Position numbers and translations under genes: made by a program
Shown here: in pieces, positions 37,370 through 51,530 of the stretch
How the letters are laid out: each line of letters begins with the position of its first letter
Numbering within the stretch: position 1 is the first letter of the stretch
The notes under the pieces: generated by a model
Databases searched by the model: none
Told to the model about the DNA's origin: nothing
What the model saw: only the letters and a program-made list of their open reading frames with translations
Assembly: GCF_006345805.1 (NCBI RefSeq)
Contig: NC_043013.1
Coordinates: 1,984,001 to 2,048,000 of the forward strand
Length of the DNA: 64,000 bases
DNA from: Octopus sinensis
Lineage: Eukaryota
Reading direction: 5' to 3'

Positions 37370-37820
37370 TCGGGCGTGGCTGTGTGGTAAGAAGTTTGCT
37401 TTTCAATCACATGGTTCCGGGTTCAGTCCTACTGCGTGGCACCTTAGGCAAATGTCTTCTACTATAGCCTCGGACTGACCAAATCCTTTTGAAAGGATCT
37501 AGTTGACGGAAAATGAAAGAAGCTCGTCGTGTGTGTATATATTTATCCTTTTACTTGTTTCAGTCATTTGACTGCGGCCATGCTGGAGCACCGCCTTAAA
37601 GGGTTTTTAGTCGAAGAAGTCGACCTCCCCAGGACTTATTCTTTGTAAGCCTAGAACTTATTTTATCGGTCTCTTTTACAGGCTTCTTTCAATTTCCCTC
37701 TACCAAATCCACTCATAGGGCTTTAGTCAGACCGAGGCTAGCCCAAGGTGCATGCAGTGGGACTGAACGCAGAACTATAGTTAGGAAGCAAGCTTCTTAC
37801 CACACAGCCACGCCTGCGCC
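37370..37820. mobile_element. SINE family B copies (plus 37370-37510, minus 37545-37820)
   Basis: Family B motifs. Confidence 0.75.
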
Positions 37821-37858
<38 letters not shown>

Positions 37859-38023
37859 CGTGCGTGTGTTTTCAAATCTTTTTTTTTTACCATAGGATAG
37901 ATTTTTCTTCACGATAACTGTAGTGTATTTGCCTTTAGCAGTTGAAATATGTGACAAACACATTTCAAAAACTAACCTAAGTTGCACTCATACCAAAATA
38001 CTGCTTTGCACCAATGCTTCATC

Positions 38024-38067
<44 letters not shown>

Positions 38068-38882
38068 ATAGAGAGAGAAAGGGGGAGAGAGAGGGGTGAT
38101 TGTTTCCCGCCACTACTTGACAACCAGTGTTGTTGTGTTTATGTTCCTATACCTTGGCGGTTTGACAAATGGGAGCGACAGAATAGTTCCAAGTTTTAAA
38201 AATTAAGTAAAGAGGTCGATCTGCTCGAATCGATTTGCTCTCAGCGGATACAACACCATGTGACTTTTTTGGTCGGCCATTTTACGTACCTGTATCAAAA
38301 GATCGAATCTCTCTACTTTCGTCTGTTACCTCCCTTGTACATTTCCCCTCTGTCTTTTCCTCTCCCCCTCTCTCTTTCTCTGCAGTTCCTTGCTTAATTC
38401 TTCAATCCCTCTGCCTCCTACCTCTCTCTGTTCCTCCCACATGATCGGTGTTCGGCCAAGCCTGATCTTTCTTACCTGGCTTGACCGCCGCTCGCACAAC
38501 ACCTGATTTTCCTGTCTCCTCACTTTCATCTATGCTTATGCCTTAAGGCTTCCACTTTAAATGCCAACTCAATTTAACTTGTTTTTATTAGTCGAAAGAC
38601 ACCTGTTGTTGTTCTTGTTTGTATTTGTAATCGTATAACATTTTCTCCGTTTCCTTGTTTTTTTTTCTTGCTTTCTTCCAAAAATTTAATGCCCTTAACT
38701 TAGATTTTTGGGGCCTACCAATTTTTAACAGTCTCAAGTGTAACCGACCGAAACTGTAATGATGATTGGAAACTTGACTGATGAAAGAAAGCCACGAATG
38801 TTCCATCCTGGTTTTTCCTGTCTGTCTTTGTATCGTCCGTATGTTTTTATTGTCGTCCGTTACGTTCTTATTTCGTTTTTGG

Positions 38883-38944
<62 letters not shown>

Positions 38945-39264
38945 AAGGACTATAATTTCCACTGTGTCTGTGACATGCAACCCCGGATATCAATCACTGA
39001 AGGTATTATATATTATTCAATATTATTGAACCGTTTTGTTTATATCAATAGTTTGTTTGGGAGGTGAACCTTTGGTTAATTAAAATCAAATGCCCGGCTT
39101 TATTTGCTTCCCGTATTGTTTTCACGACAATTTATCAAGCAATCATAATCCGTCCCAGAAATATAATACCAGTTCATAATAATTCACAGCTTTCTAGATA
39201 CACAATTTCAACTACTGCACAAAAACTATTCCTACCAGTTTCTACAATTGATAGAACACGGTGG

Positions 39265-39375
39265 CGAGTTGGCACGACCGTTAAGCGCGCCGGACAAAAT
39301 GTTTAGCAGTATTTAGTCCGTTTATACGTTCTGCGTTCAAATTACGCAGAGCTCGACTTTACCTTGCTTCCTTTA
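39265..39375 (+). mobile_element. SINE family A, 5' part
   Basis: GGCGAGTTGGCACGACCGTTAAG...GTTCAAATT...GTCGACTTT. Confidence 0.6.
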
Positions 39376-39720
39376 CATAAGTAATTTCGAAATTTTAAAA
39401 CTTATTCCATATCGTCTTAAGATCTATTTATAAATCTGTGCTGTCAGCGAAGATATAAAGAAAATAAATGTTAAAAACAATATTGGCGCTTGAAGTACAT
39501 AATATAAACATGACATGTTTATAAAATACATTTTATTATTATAAATATTTAATATTCCTTCAGACAGATGACCGTCTATGACCCGATCAGGGCATGGACG
39601 GATTTCTTTAGGCGTCTAAAAGCTTTCCGAATTTTTCCTTCCAAGAGTAATTTTTAACCCAATATTTTAGAAGCTATGATCTAAAGCTTAATCTGATTCG
39701 AGTTCCACCGTTAAAACAAT

Positions 39721-39820
39721 NNNNNNNNNNNNNNNNNNNNNNNNNNNNNNNNNNNNNNNNNNNNNNNNNNNNNNNNNNNNNNNNNNNNNNNNNNNNNNNN
39801 NNNNNNNNNNNNNNNNNNNN
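39721..39820. other. Assembly gap (100 N)
   Basis: Seen directly. Confidence 1.
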
Positions 39821-40189
39821 TTCATATCTCTCAGAATGTCTAAATTGTCATTACATAAACAACGTACAATTCTCGCTGGTAAGCACAAAGCTTCTAAACA
39901 AAGAAATTCGAAGAATCTTTGTGGTATAAGAACAGAAAGCCTGTGATTACAAAGGATATGGGTTCGAATTCAACTGTTGACTTCGACTATTTTCGTTCAT
40001 TGTAATTTTAACCTAATATTTACATGCTATTGTTTATAGCGTCAGCTACTTCGAGTTCAACTTTTAAAAACGAGTTATTTGAAACATTTTGCAATTACAC
40101 TGAGATAACAAATCGTCAGGGTGGTGTGCTTGCCATCGCTCGAGTTGAGCGACTCAATGAAGATATATTTCGTCGACTGCGTGGATAAA

Positions 40190-40385
40190 AATTAATTCAA
40201 TAATTATTTAATTAATTAATAATTTATTAATTAATAATAATTTATAATTAAGTAATTAATTAAATAAGTAAATAACTAAATAATAATTAAATAATTATTA
40301 ATTAAATAATTACATAATAATTAAAAAATAATTAAATAATTACTTACTTAATTAATTAATAATTAATTAATTAAATATTTAATGT
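40190..40385. repeat. Pure A/T low-complexity tract (TAAT/TTAA-rich)
   Basis: Almost no G or C over ~190 bp. Confidence 0.9.
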
Positions 40386-43300
40386 GTCTGGCTCTCTCTC
40401 CGAAGTTGACCTTGTCGTGTCGCAGAGAAAAAGAGAGGAAGTTCAATCTGAATACGCTCTCAAGTAGGCGATATGCGTTTAACGCCCTCCTGTGTGCCGC
40501 TAAGTAGTTACGCCTTGTAAGCTAGCAAAAGGGGGAGCTAACCAAGTTCGCTTGGTTTGCTCTAGAACATTCAGCAGGAGAGATAATTGTCGTTGGTTGA
40601 TTCCGAACGGATATTTTGTGGTTTGCGAACTTTCTTCAAATAGCGTTGTCTGCAATATATTGGTGTTGGTGAATTACAATGAACAGCATTAATAATTGCT
40701 CTGAGAGAAAGAGAGAGGGGGAAAGAGAGAGAGAGAAGCTATGTTGCACCCGTAAAAGTTACTTATGAAACATTGTGCGATCATACAGAATGGGTCTGAC
40801 CGAGAACCTGAGTTGTCTACACAAGTGTCCAGAAGCGTTAAGATGGCAAGAGAAGAAGCGCGAGCCAGTCGGTCACCTTCAAACCTTCAACACTCTGCAA
40901 TTAACTGAGCACCAAAAACGGTTTACATTGGGGGACGAGAGGTTTTTATAGAAGAACAAGCGGGAAAAACCATATCACGCCACAGCCCCACACTCTTTGG
41001 TCCCCTCTAATCACGTTTTTGCAAGGATCGGTTTTATTTTGACGTATCTGCATTCATTTTATAGAAGATTAGAAGTTCAAAGTGGTGAGTGGTCAGCATG
41101 ACCCGAGTGAATGGACCTACTTGTAGCATAAATGAGTCGGGAAATGACAGCTGAGGGAAGACACTGACTCTGGGTGACCAGGGTTATTCTGGGTTTGTGA
41201 GTGGCCCTGCCAGACTGCCCTCTTTTTGTGTATTGTGTACACCGTTAATTTTCATTTCATCTCATCTGATTTTGATATAAACCTCGATACTTCTTGTAAA
41301 CTGTTTCTGTTACGTTTTCCCATCCTTTCTTTTTATGATAACAACGAGATTATTACAAACATGGTAAAAGCTGTTTAATATGAATTTCTTCAAAATTACT
41401 TCTCAGTAAAGTGATGCGATATTTCAAAACTGTAGCGGAGTTTATCAAATGACCTTTAATACCAACCATCATAACAACCAAATCAATGAAGGAATCGCAG
41501 CAGAGTCGATCGATCTGCAAGTAATGGCCATGTAATCTCCACTGGAAGCTCCCAAGAATCTGAATGTGATGTTAATATAGGCAATTGATTAGATGTAACA
41601 CTTCTCCATGCAACCCGTAAAATCTGGTGGGCTTTTGAGCAGATTCTGTTCCAACCAATTTGCCAGGGCTATTGGCAGAATGCGTCTAATGTATCACAAG
41701 ACAGGAGCGAACCTGAAACCATGTGATCGAGTAGCATACTTTTTAATCACACGAATAGGTCATCGCCCATTTTACTACATTTTCAACGCAGTTACGTTTT
41801 CACTTACATATGTTACATTCCTGAGAATAATGGCAGTTTATTTTTTTAGGTCACTTCGGTATGTTGGAACTAGAACTGAAAGTTGAGTGGAAACTAACAG
41901 GAAGATCTAAACTCATTAATAGTAGACAATCAGCAATTTTATCTCTGGTATCTCCGGTATTCAGGCCATCTCTCTGTTAACTTGTATATGTATAATTGGA
42001 TAAAGCCACTGTGTTGTTGGTGGAGTTGATACTGCGTGGATGATACGGTGGCAACGATGTTGTGGATAGCACAGTAACTAGTAAGACTTGTATTACAATG
42101 AACAGAGGCAATTATGTGGATATCGTTAGAAAAACGTGACGCAAAGAGCCACTTGGAAGCCTGTTGAGCCTTGGATCGACTTCACTCAATAACGCACGAC
42201 AAAGAACGCTATACAATATTCGAACTATATCACAGGAGTTTATCAAAATAAAAAAATAAAAAAATCAGGATTTTCTCATTTATAATAATAGATCTGAGTC
42301 GAAAGACCAGCCAACAGCTTACACATTTAACACCCACTGCAATGTGGTTCGTAGACAGGCTTTTGGCGACGATTCCGGGACAATTGCAACAGTTTTATAT
42401 CCCTTTGCGTTTTATGCCTTGTCATGTGCCTACAGTTTTCCTGTCAGCGCAGTTTTCCATTCGCTTCCTACAAAATAATTGCTCTGATGCATTTTATAAT
42501 AAATGTAATTATCTGATATTCAGTCTAGATCTTACAAACAGTTATTATCGTGTCTGAAAGTGTAATAATGATCAATGGTATTTCTAGAGTCCTTGGACGA
42601 TCTATGTCAATCTGTGCCTGTTTCTACCACCTGACACTAAATATCACGAAGAAGAGCACATACTTTACTTGTCTGTCTGTCGCATATAAGAACAATGATT
42701 TACGATTGACATACAGGAATAATGATCGAGTGAAATATTTCCATAGAATGTGGGATGGATTCTCTTTTCTAGAACTCGTTCTTTTAGCCCCAGGTCAGCC
42801 CTTATTGAGTAAATTTATGATCAACCTCGGTTACTTTGGCTTAAATACAGTATCTGGAGCTATGTTATCCAATTGTTTTTCCACTTTAAAAAAAACACAT
42901 AGGAGATTTTGATAACTATTTCTAGCTGGTCAAGTCGAGGGACTCGCATTGGTTTTGACGAAATGAGTGATAGCATGAAATATGTTGATAAATATATCTC
43001 ATGTTGGAACCGGGGTTCTCAACCATTTTTTTTTTTTATCTATGGACCTCTTTAATTTCAGTGTGTGTGTTTATTGACAAGAAGAGAAATGAAAACTAAG
43101 AAAATCTATTTTACATGTAGCAAAATACAAAAACGATATAATCATGAGGTGACAACCATGTTACCCACCCCCCCACAACCTGTATAAAGGCAGACGTTTA
43201 AAGTATTATACAATGAACAACTTATTTAATAAAGAAATATTCGATGTTGAAAAACTAGTTTTATAGAAACTTCTTTCAGAATTCCTATCTTGTTTTTCAT

Positions 43301-44132
43301 ACATTAACTTATTTAGGTTGAACTGTTTCTTGCAATACATACCAATACATGTGTGTGTGGGGGGTCTAGCTTGACTCTGCTTGAGATTTGAAACTAAATC
43401 CACCGACTTGTTGCTTGTCAGAACGAGCGGGAAATCCTCTCCACACCAGATGATTGTTGGGGAAACACTCCACCCCTTAAGACCTGTACTGGTCAAGGAA
43501 AGGTCAGTCCTTTAAGGCTTGACCTTCATTACTGACCATAGTCAATATAACAGAGAGAATTTCCTAACTCTCCTCTTATGGTCAGCTATGACCAAGGAAC
43601 AACATCGGCTCTTTTGTGTCAGCCAGACCAAGGAGCAACACATGCTTTTGCATCAGCCTTAACCAAGAGCAGCACTTCTCTTCGCCCTTCGCTCGACATG
43701 CGAAGAGAGGCTTTCGGCCACAAGAAAGGCTATACCGCCTTTATCTTTTCTTCCTTTCTAGTTAGCACCATGCATTCCTTACTCTTTCCCTCTCTACTGT
43801 CAGACAACCTTTTTCTACATATCAGCCAATAACCAGCGAGTCATCCTTGTCGTCACTATCACTAGAATTGCTACTGTCTCTTTAACAACCTGTCGGGTAA
43901 ACGAATAAATATCTGTAAATAACATTTCTTCCTCCTTGGTGTTAATTCTTCGATGTTCACTGCTTACTCCGACGTGAGAACCTTCAAGTGTTACATCTAC
44001 ACGCTACATTCAGTGGTGGGCGACATCATATCGAACTGATATAGTACATCACATCCAGCCCGCTACGCATGCATCTGATACCAGGTTTTTTCAGGGGCCC
44101 TTAAAATGCTATTGGATCCCCAATTTACTATT

Positions 44133-46078
44133 TTGTTACGTAGAGCCCCAAAAATCTTATCTGGACCCTTAGGGGGTAAATAGACCACGGTTGAGAACTG
44201 CTGGATTGGAAGCTCAAGTGACCAATTTCTGTAGCATGATTGTATTTGGCATTTTTCGTCATTTCTCACCACCAGCCCTTCAAGGTGGTGGACCCTTCAA
44301 AATATTTGAAAAAGGATTTCTTTCCTGAATCGGTGAGTTTTGGAATCTTGGTTAAGCTACTGTTGATGGGGAAGATTGTTTCAGTGGCCTTTATACAATT
44401 GTTAGAATTTTGGTCTCCGTCCGGGATATAACCTTACCATTCTCTCTGGGAAACCATTAAATATCTTCGGAAATATCAGGCTTCCGAATTAACATTGGTA
44501 ATTAAAGTTTCTTGTGGTGAACCGCCAACGAAGCTAACAAAGATGTGCCAACGCAAAGCATCAAAAGCGTTTCAAGAATTTCTTTGTCGACTCCATGTAT
44601 AAGAAGATGGTTGAGCAATTTTTGAATGATGCTCGTGACAAACATGACGTAGAAATAAAACGAATATAAATTGACGGAAGTATCAAAGGGACTTTTCAAG
44701 ATCGTGTTTTATTTGTTTGAAATTCCTTATGTACGATGAAGTATTTCTTTTTAAAGTTCACTTTCGTCGGAGTTGTGCAGACGTTATGCTTCTATAAAAC
44801 AGTGGACGACCAACTTAATGTTAAGTGTTAATATTATGTTAAAATGTTATTCCATCGAGGTCGACTTTGCCTTTCGTCTTTTCGGAGTCGATATAAGAAG
44901 TACCAGTTGAACACTGGGGTCGATATAATAGACTTAACTCATGGGGACTATTTTTAGGAGTTCACAGCTTTTGTCGTACTTTTCTTTCTTCCTTTTTTTT
45001 TGTCCCGTTAAACTTTTTTTGCACGAGTGCTGTGTAGCAGCTCTTGAATAGTCGATGTTATCAAAGTGAAGCTGTAGAGACAATAATGTTTCAGTGATAT
45101 TGTGAAAAACGATGCTTAGGCGATGTAGTGGTAATGATGCTGTGATCGTAATCTCATCGAGATAATGTTGCAAAGGTGATGCAGTGAATGCGAAATAATT
45201 GAGGCTTTTAAATAGTCGTGGTTTCAAATTTTGGAGAGAAGGCAGCAAGTCGATGACACCCACCCCAGTGGTACTCATTTTTATCGACACCGAAAGATGA
45301 AAGGCAAAGTCAACCTCAGCGGAATTTGATACGAGAATGTGAAGACGGACAAAATACCCCTAAGCATTTTGCCCGGGTGCCAACGATTCTGCTAGCTCGC
45401 TGCCCGAGGCTTTTAAGTAATATTTGTTGGACCAACTTAGAATTAGATCGAACACAGGGTCAATAACAGAACGCAAAACACTGAGCTTTTCTTTCGTAGG
45501 TCAGTGGCCCTATCAATGTGGTTAGATGTGGCCTTCATAGTTAATCTCTTTAATTGCGAAGACGTGTAGCTTAGTGGTTAGGGTGTTGCATTCACGATCA
45601 CCAGACCGCTGGTTCGATTCCCATAGCGAGCGGCGTGTGTGAGTTCTTGAGCAAAAACGCTTCGTATCACGTCGCTCTAGAGCTGTGTGGGGACCGGCAT
45701 ACCAAAAGACAAACCCAACGTTTCCTTTCTGTCTCACAAAAATCGACTATAAGCGGTTGAAGTAGATTTTGCACTCTGACATTACCAGCAATAACTACCC
45801 CCAAACAGATCCCGCATGTGGCCTGAGTGGTGCAAAGATGTCACGCTCCTAGTGTAGGGAGTCAAAGATGTCACGCTCCTAGTGAAGGGAGTCAAAGATG
45901 TCACTCTCCTAGGGAAGGGTCTACCACCTTGAAGGGCTGGTAGTGAGAAGTGACGAAAAAGCCAAATACAATCATGCTACAGAAATTGGTCACTTGACCT
46001 TCCAATCCAGCGGTTCTCAACCGTGGTCTATTTGCCCTCTAAGGGTCCAGATAAGACTTTTGGGGCTCTACGTAACAA
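44133..46078. repeat. Inverted duplication: arms 44133-44298 and 45914-46078, ~1.6 kb apart
   Basis: Manual alignment gives about 9 differences in ~165 bp. The arms include a hAT-like MITE end (CAGCGGTTCTCAACC) plus adjacent sequence. Confidence 0.9.
45833..45915. repeat. ~2.7 copies of a 30-bp tandem unit (CAAAGATGTCACGCTCCTAGTG.AGGGAGT)
   Basis: Seen directly. It abuts the right arm of the inverted duplication. Confidence 0.9.
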
Positions 46079-46375
46079 TGGTGGGTGCAGCGACTCGCCG
46101 CCTTTACAGCGCATTCCCCTTCCCCTCCCTATTCTACTACTACTACTACTACTTTAATTTGGTCGATTTTTCATTCATAGAAATAACTCTAAATACCATC
46201 AATGATTCGTTTTGACCTTTTCTCTGTTAAAATTAGAAGTTTTCTCTTAAATGTGTCAACGATCTCAGTGAAATGAGTGAGAGTAAAATCTATTTTTAAG
46301 CTGGATAACATTAAAGATAATTTCCAACAGACGAAATAATCATTGCTGCTTCGTACTGGATTGTACGGTGACATA

Positions 46376-46766
46376 CAGTGATACATCGCAGTACGAGTCT
46401 AATTCGTTCCACGAGCGAGCTCGTTTTACGATCTATTCGTTTTACAAATCAATTTTCTCCCATTGAAATTAATTAAAATATAATTAATCCGTTCCGGTCC
46501 CACAAAACCACCCCAAAATCATTTTGTATGGGCTTTAAAACAGAAAAGGTGCTGTTACAAGTAAAGTGACAACCATAAAATCCTAATAAAAGAGAGTGCC
46601 AAAGAAATATGTAATCTGGTTTTATTGATTTAATAACAGCAGAACCTCGCAGTACGAGTGCCTCGTTGTACGAGTAATTTGCTGTTCGAGCCGAGGTTCA
46701 TGCGAATTTTTGTCTTGAAGTACGAATGACAATCCGTTATACGAGCGAGTTTCATTCAAGGGACTG
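46376..46766. mobile_element. Tigger-type MITE
   Basis: TA|CAGTGATACATCGCAGTACGAG start; internal repeated GTACGAG / CTCG motifs typical of pogo/Tigger-derived MITEs. Confidence 0.45.
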
Positions 46767-47569
46767 CTAATCAGCCCTGAGCTTGCACATCCTCTTCCAC
46801 CAAGCGCAGCCTTTGCCTTCTCAGTTTACTGTTTATCTTGTTATAGCAGCAACCTTATTGTGTTTTACCCAGCGTTTTTTTTATTAGTTTATTGCGTTTT
46901 TTTCTATTATTTTACAATAATTAGTTGTATTAGTCATGGGTCCATGTGCTTTAAATGCTCTTTGGATACTTCCATGTTAGAATTCTATTATTCTGCAAAA
47001 TAATATTTAATTAGTTTAAATGTACACAAATGCATAATAATTTTTAATTCCATTAGACCTTCTTAAATACTATTAAATTTCATTCAATTTTAAAAAAGAT
47101 AAAATCGGACAGAACTTATGGGATGATCTGATATAAATACCAGAATACAAAATAAATAAATATCTTAGGCATAAAAAACAAGAAAAGATGAGATATTAAC
47201 GTGTTATAAACTTGAAACCTACTAGAATAAAACTTACTATGTGTATGAATGTATGAATAATACGAGAATTTTAATGGAGGTAAAGCTTCACTATAAGGGT
47301 ACAACTGTTTTTTCACCCGTATAGGAGATAAAGATTAATAAAATTTGGCACACGATAAAATTTGCAGATATTTTTCTTAAAACATTCACACAAGCAAATA
47401 CAGAATTTACATGTTGGACATGAGATATTCCATTCCAATATCCACATATTTATATTAAGAGTTTCAGGATTTCTTTATTAGGCATAAAGCCCTAAACACA
47501 AACACGGACACCACAAAGACAGACAAGACCACAGTGAGGAGGACAAAAAACATAAAACAAATGTAACTG

Positions 47570-48485
47570 AGATGAAAAATTATATAAAAATGAAGATGGT
47601 CGCATGGACCCCACTCCTATGCAGTACCATTTGAACCGTTCATTACATTATCTACAATTGTTCTTTGTTTTTTTCCTTTTTCACCATTATTTTCCATAAA
47701 ACATTTTACTCTTTTTTCTTTTTCCTACAATTTAACATACTTATTTTTCTTTTCAATTATACTTCATCAACGGTTCAATATCTCTCAGCACAACCACTGG
47801 TGGCAACTCCCTGAACTCCACCCTTGCTCCTGGTGGGTCAACACTCTCTCCGCACATCTCCTTCAACTTCCTGTAGTTACCCTTTTCAATCACTATTGCC
47901 TTCAACTCCTCTGCATATATGTATGATGGTATCTTCTTTCGTGAGGAAATCCGGCGGGTCAATTTTTACAATTGACTCAGACGACGGCTGTACTCTTCTC
48001 GAACACAACAGCAAATGTTCTGCATAAGCCCACACTTTAGAAACTCACGGACACGGAACAATAGCGTGCAGGACGGGTTCCCTATCCTGCCTGCATCTTG
48101 GACAGTCCGTATGTCTAGATTGACCATGTCATGCGAGCTTATCCCGAACGGGTAAGGCTCCTCGGTAACATTGCCAGGCCAGGGATTTTTGGAAATTATC
48201 CAAACTCCTCGGCCCGAAAGTCCTTCGGAACAGACTGTCTTACTGGTTATCTCCGAGATCCAGGGTCTCCCCCAGGGTATTGTTGTTCCCAGCCTCTACC
48301 AACCTGCTATAGAAAGATGTGGTGGTACCAAAACCGCTGGCATTACCCGAACGACGGAACAGTAGGAGTGCTTTACGGCACTCCATGAACCATGGACCCA
48401 ACCTTGATCAACGAAGGAACCAGTTTTCTCGTCCACCAAAAATTAGTGAACCTAGGAAACATCCGTTTCGCAAGCGGAGACTCGC
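47570..48485 (-). mobile_element. L1/Tx1-clade LINE 3' end (zf-RVT region and 3' UTR)
   Basis: Minus frame: LFRRTFGPRSLDNFQKSLAWQCYRGALPVRDKL...DCPRCRQDREPVLHAIVPCP (CCHC-type zinc finger). ECRKALLLFRRSGNAS resembles ECRRAQTLLFRAGNAS at ~6620-6670. Confidence 0.85.
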
Positions 48486-48499
48486 TTATCTTACTTCGT

Positions 48500-49670
48500 T
48501 GTGCTGGAAAAACAGGCCACATTGAGTATGGGAAACACTTTGCTTTTCGTGGCCGGAGGGCGGATCTGAGGACACATACATGCGGTGATCGGTCCAACAT
48601 TCTGCATCATGCATATATTTGATATGGAGGACAACTTTCTGATCATGTTCACGAACGCTCACGTAATCGAGGAGATGCCACATCTTGGAGCGAAGATATC
48701 TCCAGTAGAACTTGTATTTATTGGGCTGCTGAAAAATGGTCTTCGTAATCACGAGATTGTGCTCGGCACACAGGCGCAAAAGGTGAAGACCATTGGTATT
48801 CATTTTGCCTATCCCATGAGAACCGAGAACTCTGGGCCAGATGTTTACATTGGAACCGACTCTATCACTGAAATCTCCAAGAATACCGTTGTCTGTGCGA
48901 CGTAACCTTCTCTTAACCGAGTTAAGAGACTCGTAGAAGGTATCTTTCGTGTCTTTAATAGTGTCTAATATTGGGGAATAGACACTGAAGATAGTGGCGG
49001 GCACTTTGTTACTGAGGAGAATTCGGAAAGTCATCAGCCTTTCACTTATATCGGTTGCAACCGAAGAGATGTTCTCCAGTAATGACGAATGGACAGTAAA
49101 TCCAACACCATGAATTCTATTATTGCCTTGAGGAAGGCCTTTCCAGAAGTATATGTATCCCAGTGAGAAAGCATTCATCAGGAAATCTTGTTTCTCTGAG
49201 TGCAGCGATATCCACATTGTATCGTTTGAGTTCAGAGGCGATGAGCGTGGCCCCATCATGGTGTATCAAGGTTCGTATGTTGCAAGTAGCAAAAATGAGA
49301 GGCCTTGAGGATTTTCCTTTTAATCATCGAGTACAGTGTGGAATGGCCTGCCAGGTGCGATTTCCTGGTCAGGCGAAAAAGGATTGGCGTCTTTTAGACC
49401 ACATTTCATAGGCCTCTCTTCAGCCGAGGCAGGCGGTGCGAGTCCTAAAAAGGTCCACCTGGTCAAGCAGGTAGATCACGAATCGATGTGCAGTCCCAGG
49501 GTCACATCGAGTCGGCCGTCTTGCCTGCGTCACCTATGTGCAGGATCCAGACTAAGGGTTATAACATCATACAGTACCTGCTCCCGTCATCTGTTGCTAA
49601 TTGCCATAGGACTTAATTGGGGAGAAGTTGAGATAAGTGGTGTGAGAACAAAACTTGCGCAGCGGAGTTG
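48500..49670 (-). mobile_element. RTE (BovB-like) LINE 5' part: APE endonuclease domain plus 5' region
   Basis: LIFATCNIRTL...IASELKRYNVDIAALRET; YFWKG...RIHGVGF; SERLMTFRI; ILGDFSDRVG; GIGKMNTNGLHLL; WHLLDYV; CWTDHR. Confidence 0.9.
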
Positions 49671-49689
49671 ATTAGGATGGTAATGGGGG

Positions 49690-50995
49690 CGCGCAAGTCC
49701 CATTCGCACGCACTTCACTCTTTCTAATCTCGATCCAAGACTCCTTCATTGAAATTTCAACATCAACAACAAGGTATTTTTGTATGTATGTATGTATGTA
49801 TGTATGTATGTATGTATGTATGTATGTATGTATGTATGTATGTATGCATGTATGGATGTGCCGATTTGTATGTTTTATGTATGTAATCTCATGCATATAG
49901 TTGCATATCTAGACATGCTCATATATATTTAAATGATAAACTTCTGGAAAGTTTTACAGATTTTTACAGTTCCAGTGATGGATTGGATCTGTAGCCTTCG
50001 AATTAGCTTTCGCTTTTCTGGTTTTGAGAAGCCTAATTTCTCAAGAATGGTATTTAGGCAGTGTAATACATATCCCAGTGTCCCAGTAATTACAGGTATA
50101 AACTTGAACTTGTAATCTTGATTCTCAATAGTTCTCAATAGTTCAACGCAGATTTCTCAATAGTTCAACGTAGGTATTCTCTTTTTCACTATCTTCAGCT
50201 TTATGTTAACATCTGCTGGGCAGCTAATTTCCTTAATTGTGCAGTTTCTCTTCTCTATCCCAAGCCGTTATATCAGGTCTGGTGTGCTTACATTTTATTG
50301 ACGTCTTCACTGGTACATTTCACCACTATTCCTTTACATTTCTATTGTTAGTGGCTATGGCTTCTACCATGGCTTGCGGTTCTTATTTCTTTGTCCTCGG
50401 GATTATCCTTCCGACGGATTTCATTGTAGAGTGTTCTAGCTACAATATCATGTCTCATCGATAGATAATATCGTGATGACATTTTCGGACAATTGCTTAT
50501 GATATGCGTGGCATCTTCAGTATGAACTCCACAAAGTCTGCATCGGTTGTCACAACTTACAATTTTTCTTGCATCTCTATCCCTTTATGTATCAGGTACT
50601 TGGTTGATATTTCCTGTTCCTGGATTGCAAACGCATACCCTTGAAATTGGGAGGTAGTAATCCGGCAACAAATCCATCATAAACTTCTTTGGTGATCGAA
50701 GTTACTATCATCACGGAGCTTTCTGCTGACATATCCATGCAAAGTCTTCTGTTCATAGAGGTTCATCTTTTCATCTGAGGATATGCTGCGGTAGAGTCGT
50801 GCGACCTCTTTGGGCATGTATTCTAGGTTATCAGACAAAGAGTGTTGCTCGAGGAGCTGCCTTCCAAGTCTTATAAGGCTATCAGCCTCTTGTATGCAAG
50901 CTTGGTCAAGGGATGCACTTCGACACTTGATAGCTAGAAAATGTTGCCGAAGGGAAATGATGCGACATTCAAAGGCATTTTGGATCGATGTTTAG
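49690..50995 (-). mobile_element. R4/Dong-like LINE C-terminal fragment (CCHC finger plus PD-(D/E)xK endonuclease) with (TACA)n in the 3' UTR
   Basis: Minus frames: CRLCGVHTEDATHIISNCPKMSSRYYL.MRHD.VA; RPDITAWDREEK...EISCPAD; FKFIPVITGTLG...GTVKICKTF. Confidence 0.85.
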
Positions 50996-51324
50996 CCTCC
51001 TATGGTATGACTGTATGTATGAATCCGTAAAAAAAAACATACGCATCAGTCAGAAAATTGTTAATAACCTGTGAATTGAACAAAAGTAACTTATGTCTTT
51101 TTTTCTTTTTGCTTCACGAGTTGTACAAAAACTTCCTTGTTACTTTAACTGTGTAAATTTAAAATCAATACTATGTATTTAAAACCTGAATTGCCTCCCT
51201 TTATATTGAAGCCGGAGTTATTTCCCTTGCAGAGGAAGTTAGATTCACTAAGGGAGATAACTGAAGGTAATTAAAAGTTTTCCGAAAACGTTTCCATCGC
51301 GTTCATATGTATAAGTTTGACTAA

Positions 51325-51530
51325 GGGCGATGAGCTGGCAGAATCGTTAGCACGCCGGGCAAAATGCTTTGCCGGTATTTCATCTGTCTTCATATTCTGA
51401 GTTCAAATTCTGCCGAGGTCGACTTTGCCTTTCATCCTCTCGGGGTTGATTAAATAAGTATCACTTACGCGCTCGGGTCGATGTAATCAGCTTAAACCCT
51501 TCCCCAAAATTTGATACCTTGTATAGATGC
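51325..51530 (+). mobile_element. SINE family A
   Basis: Consensus match. Confidence 0.85.
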
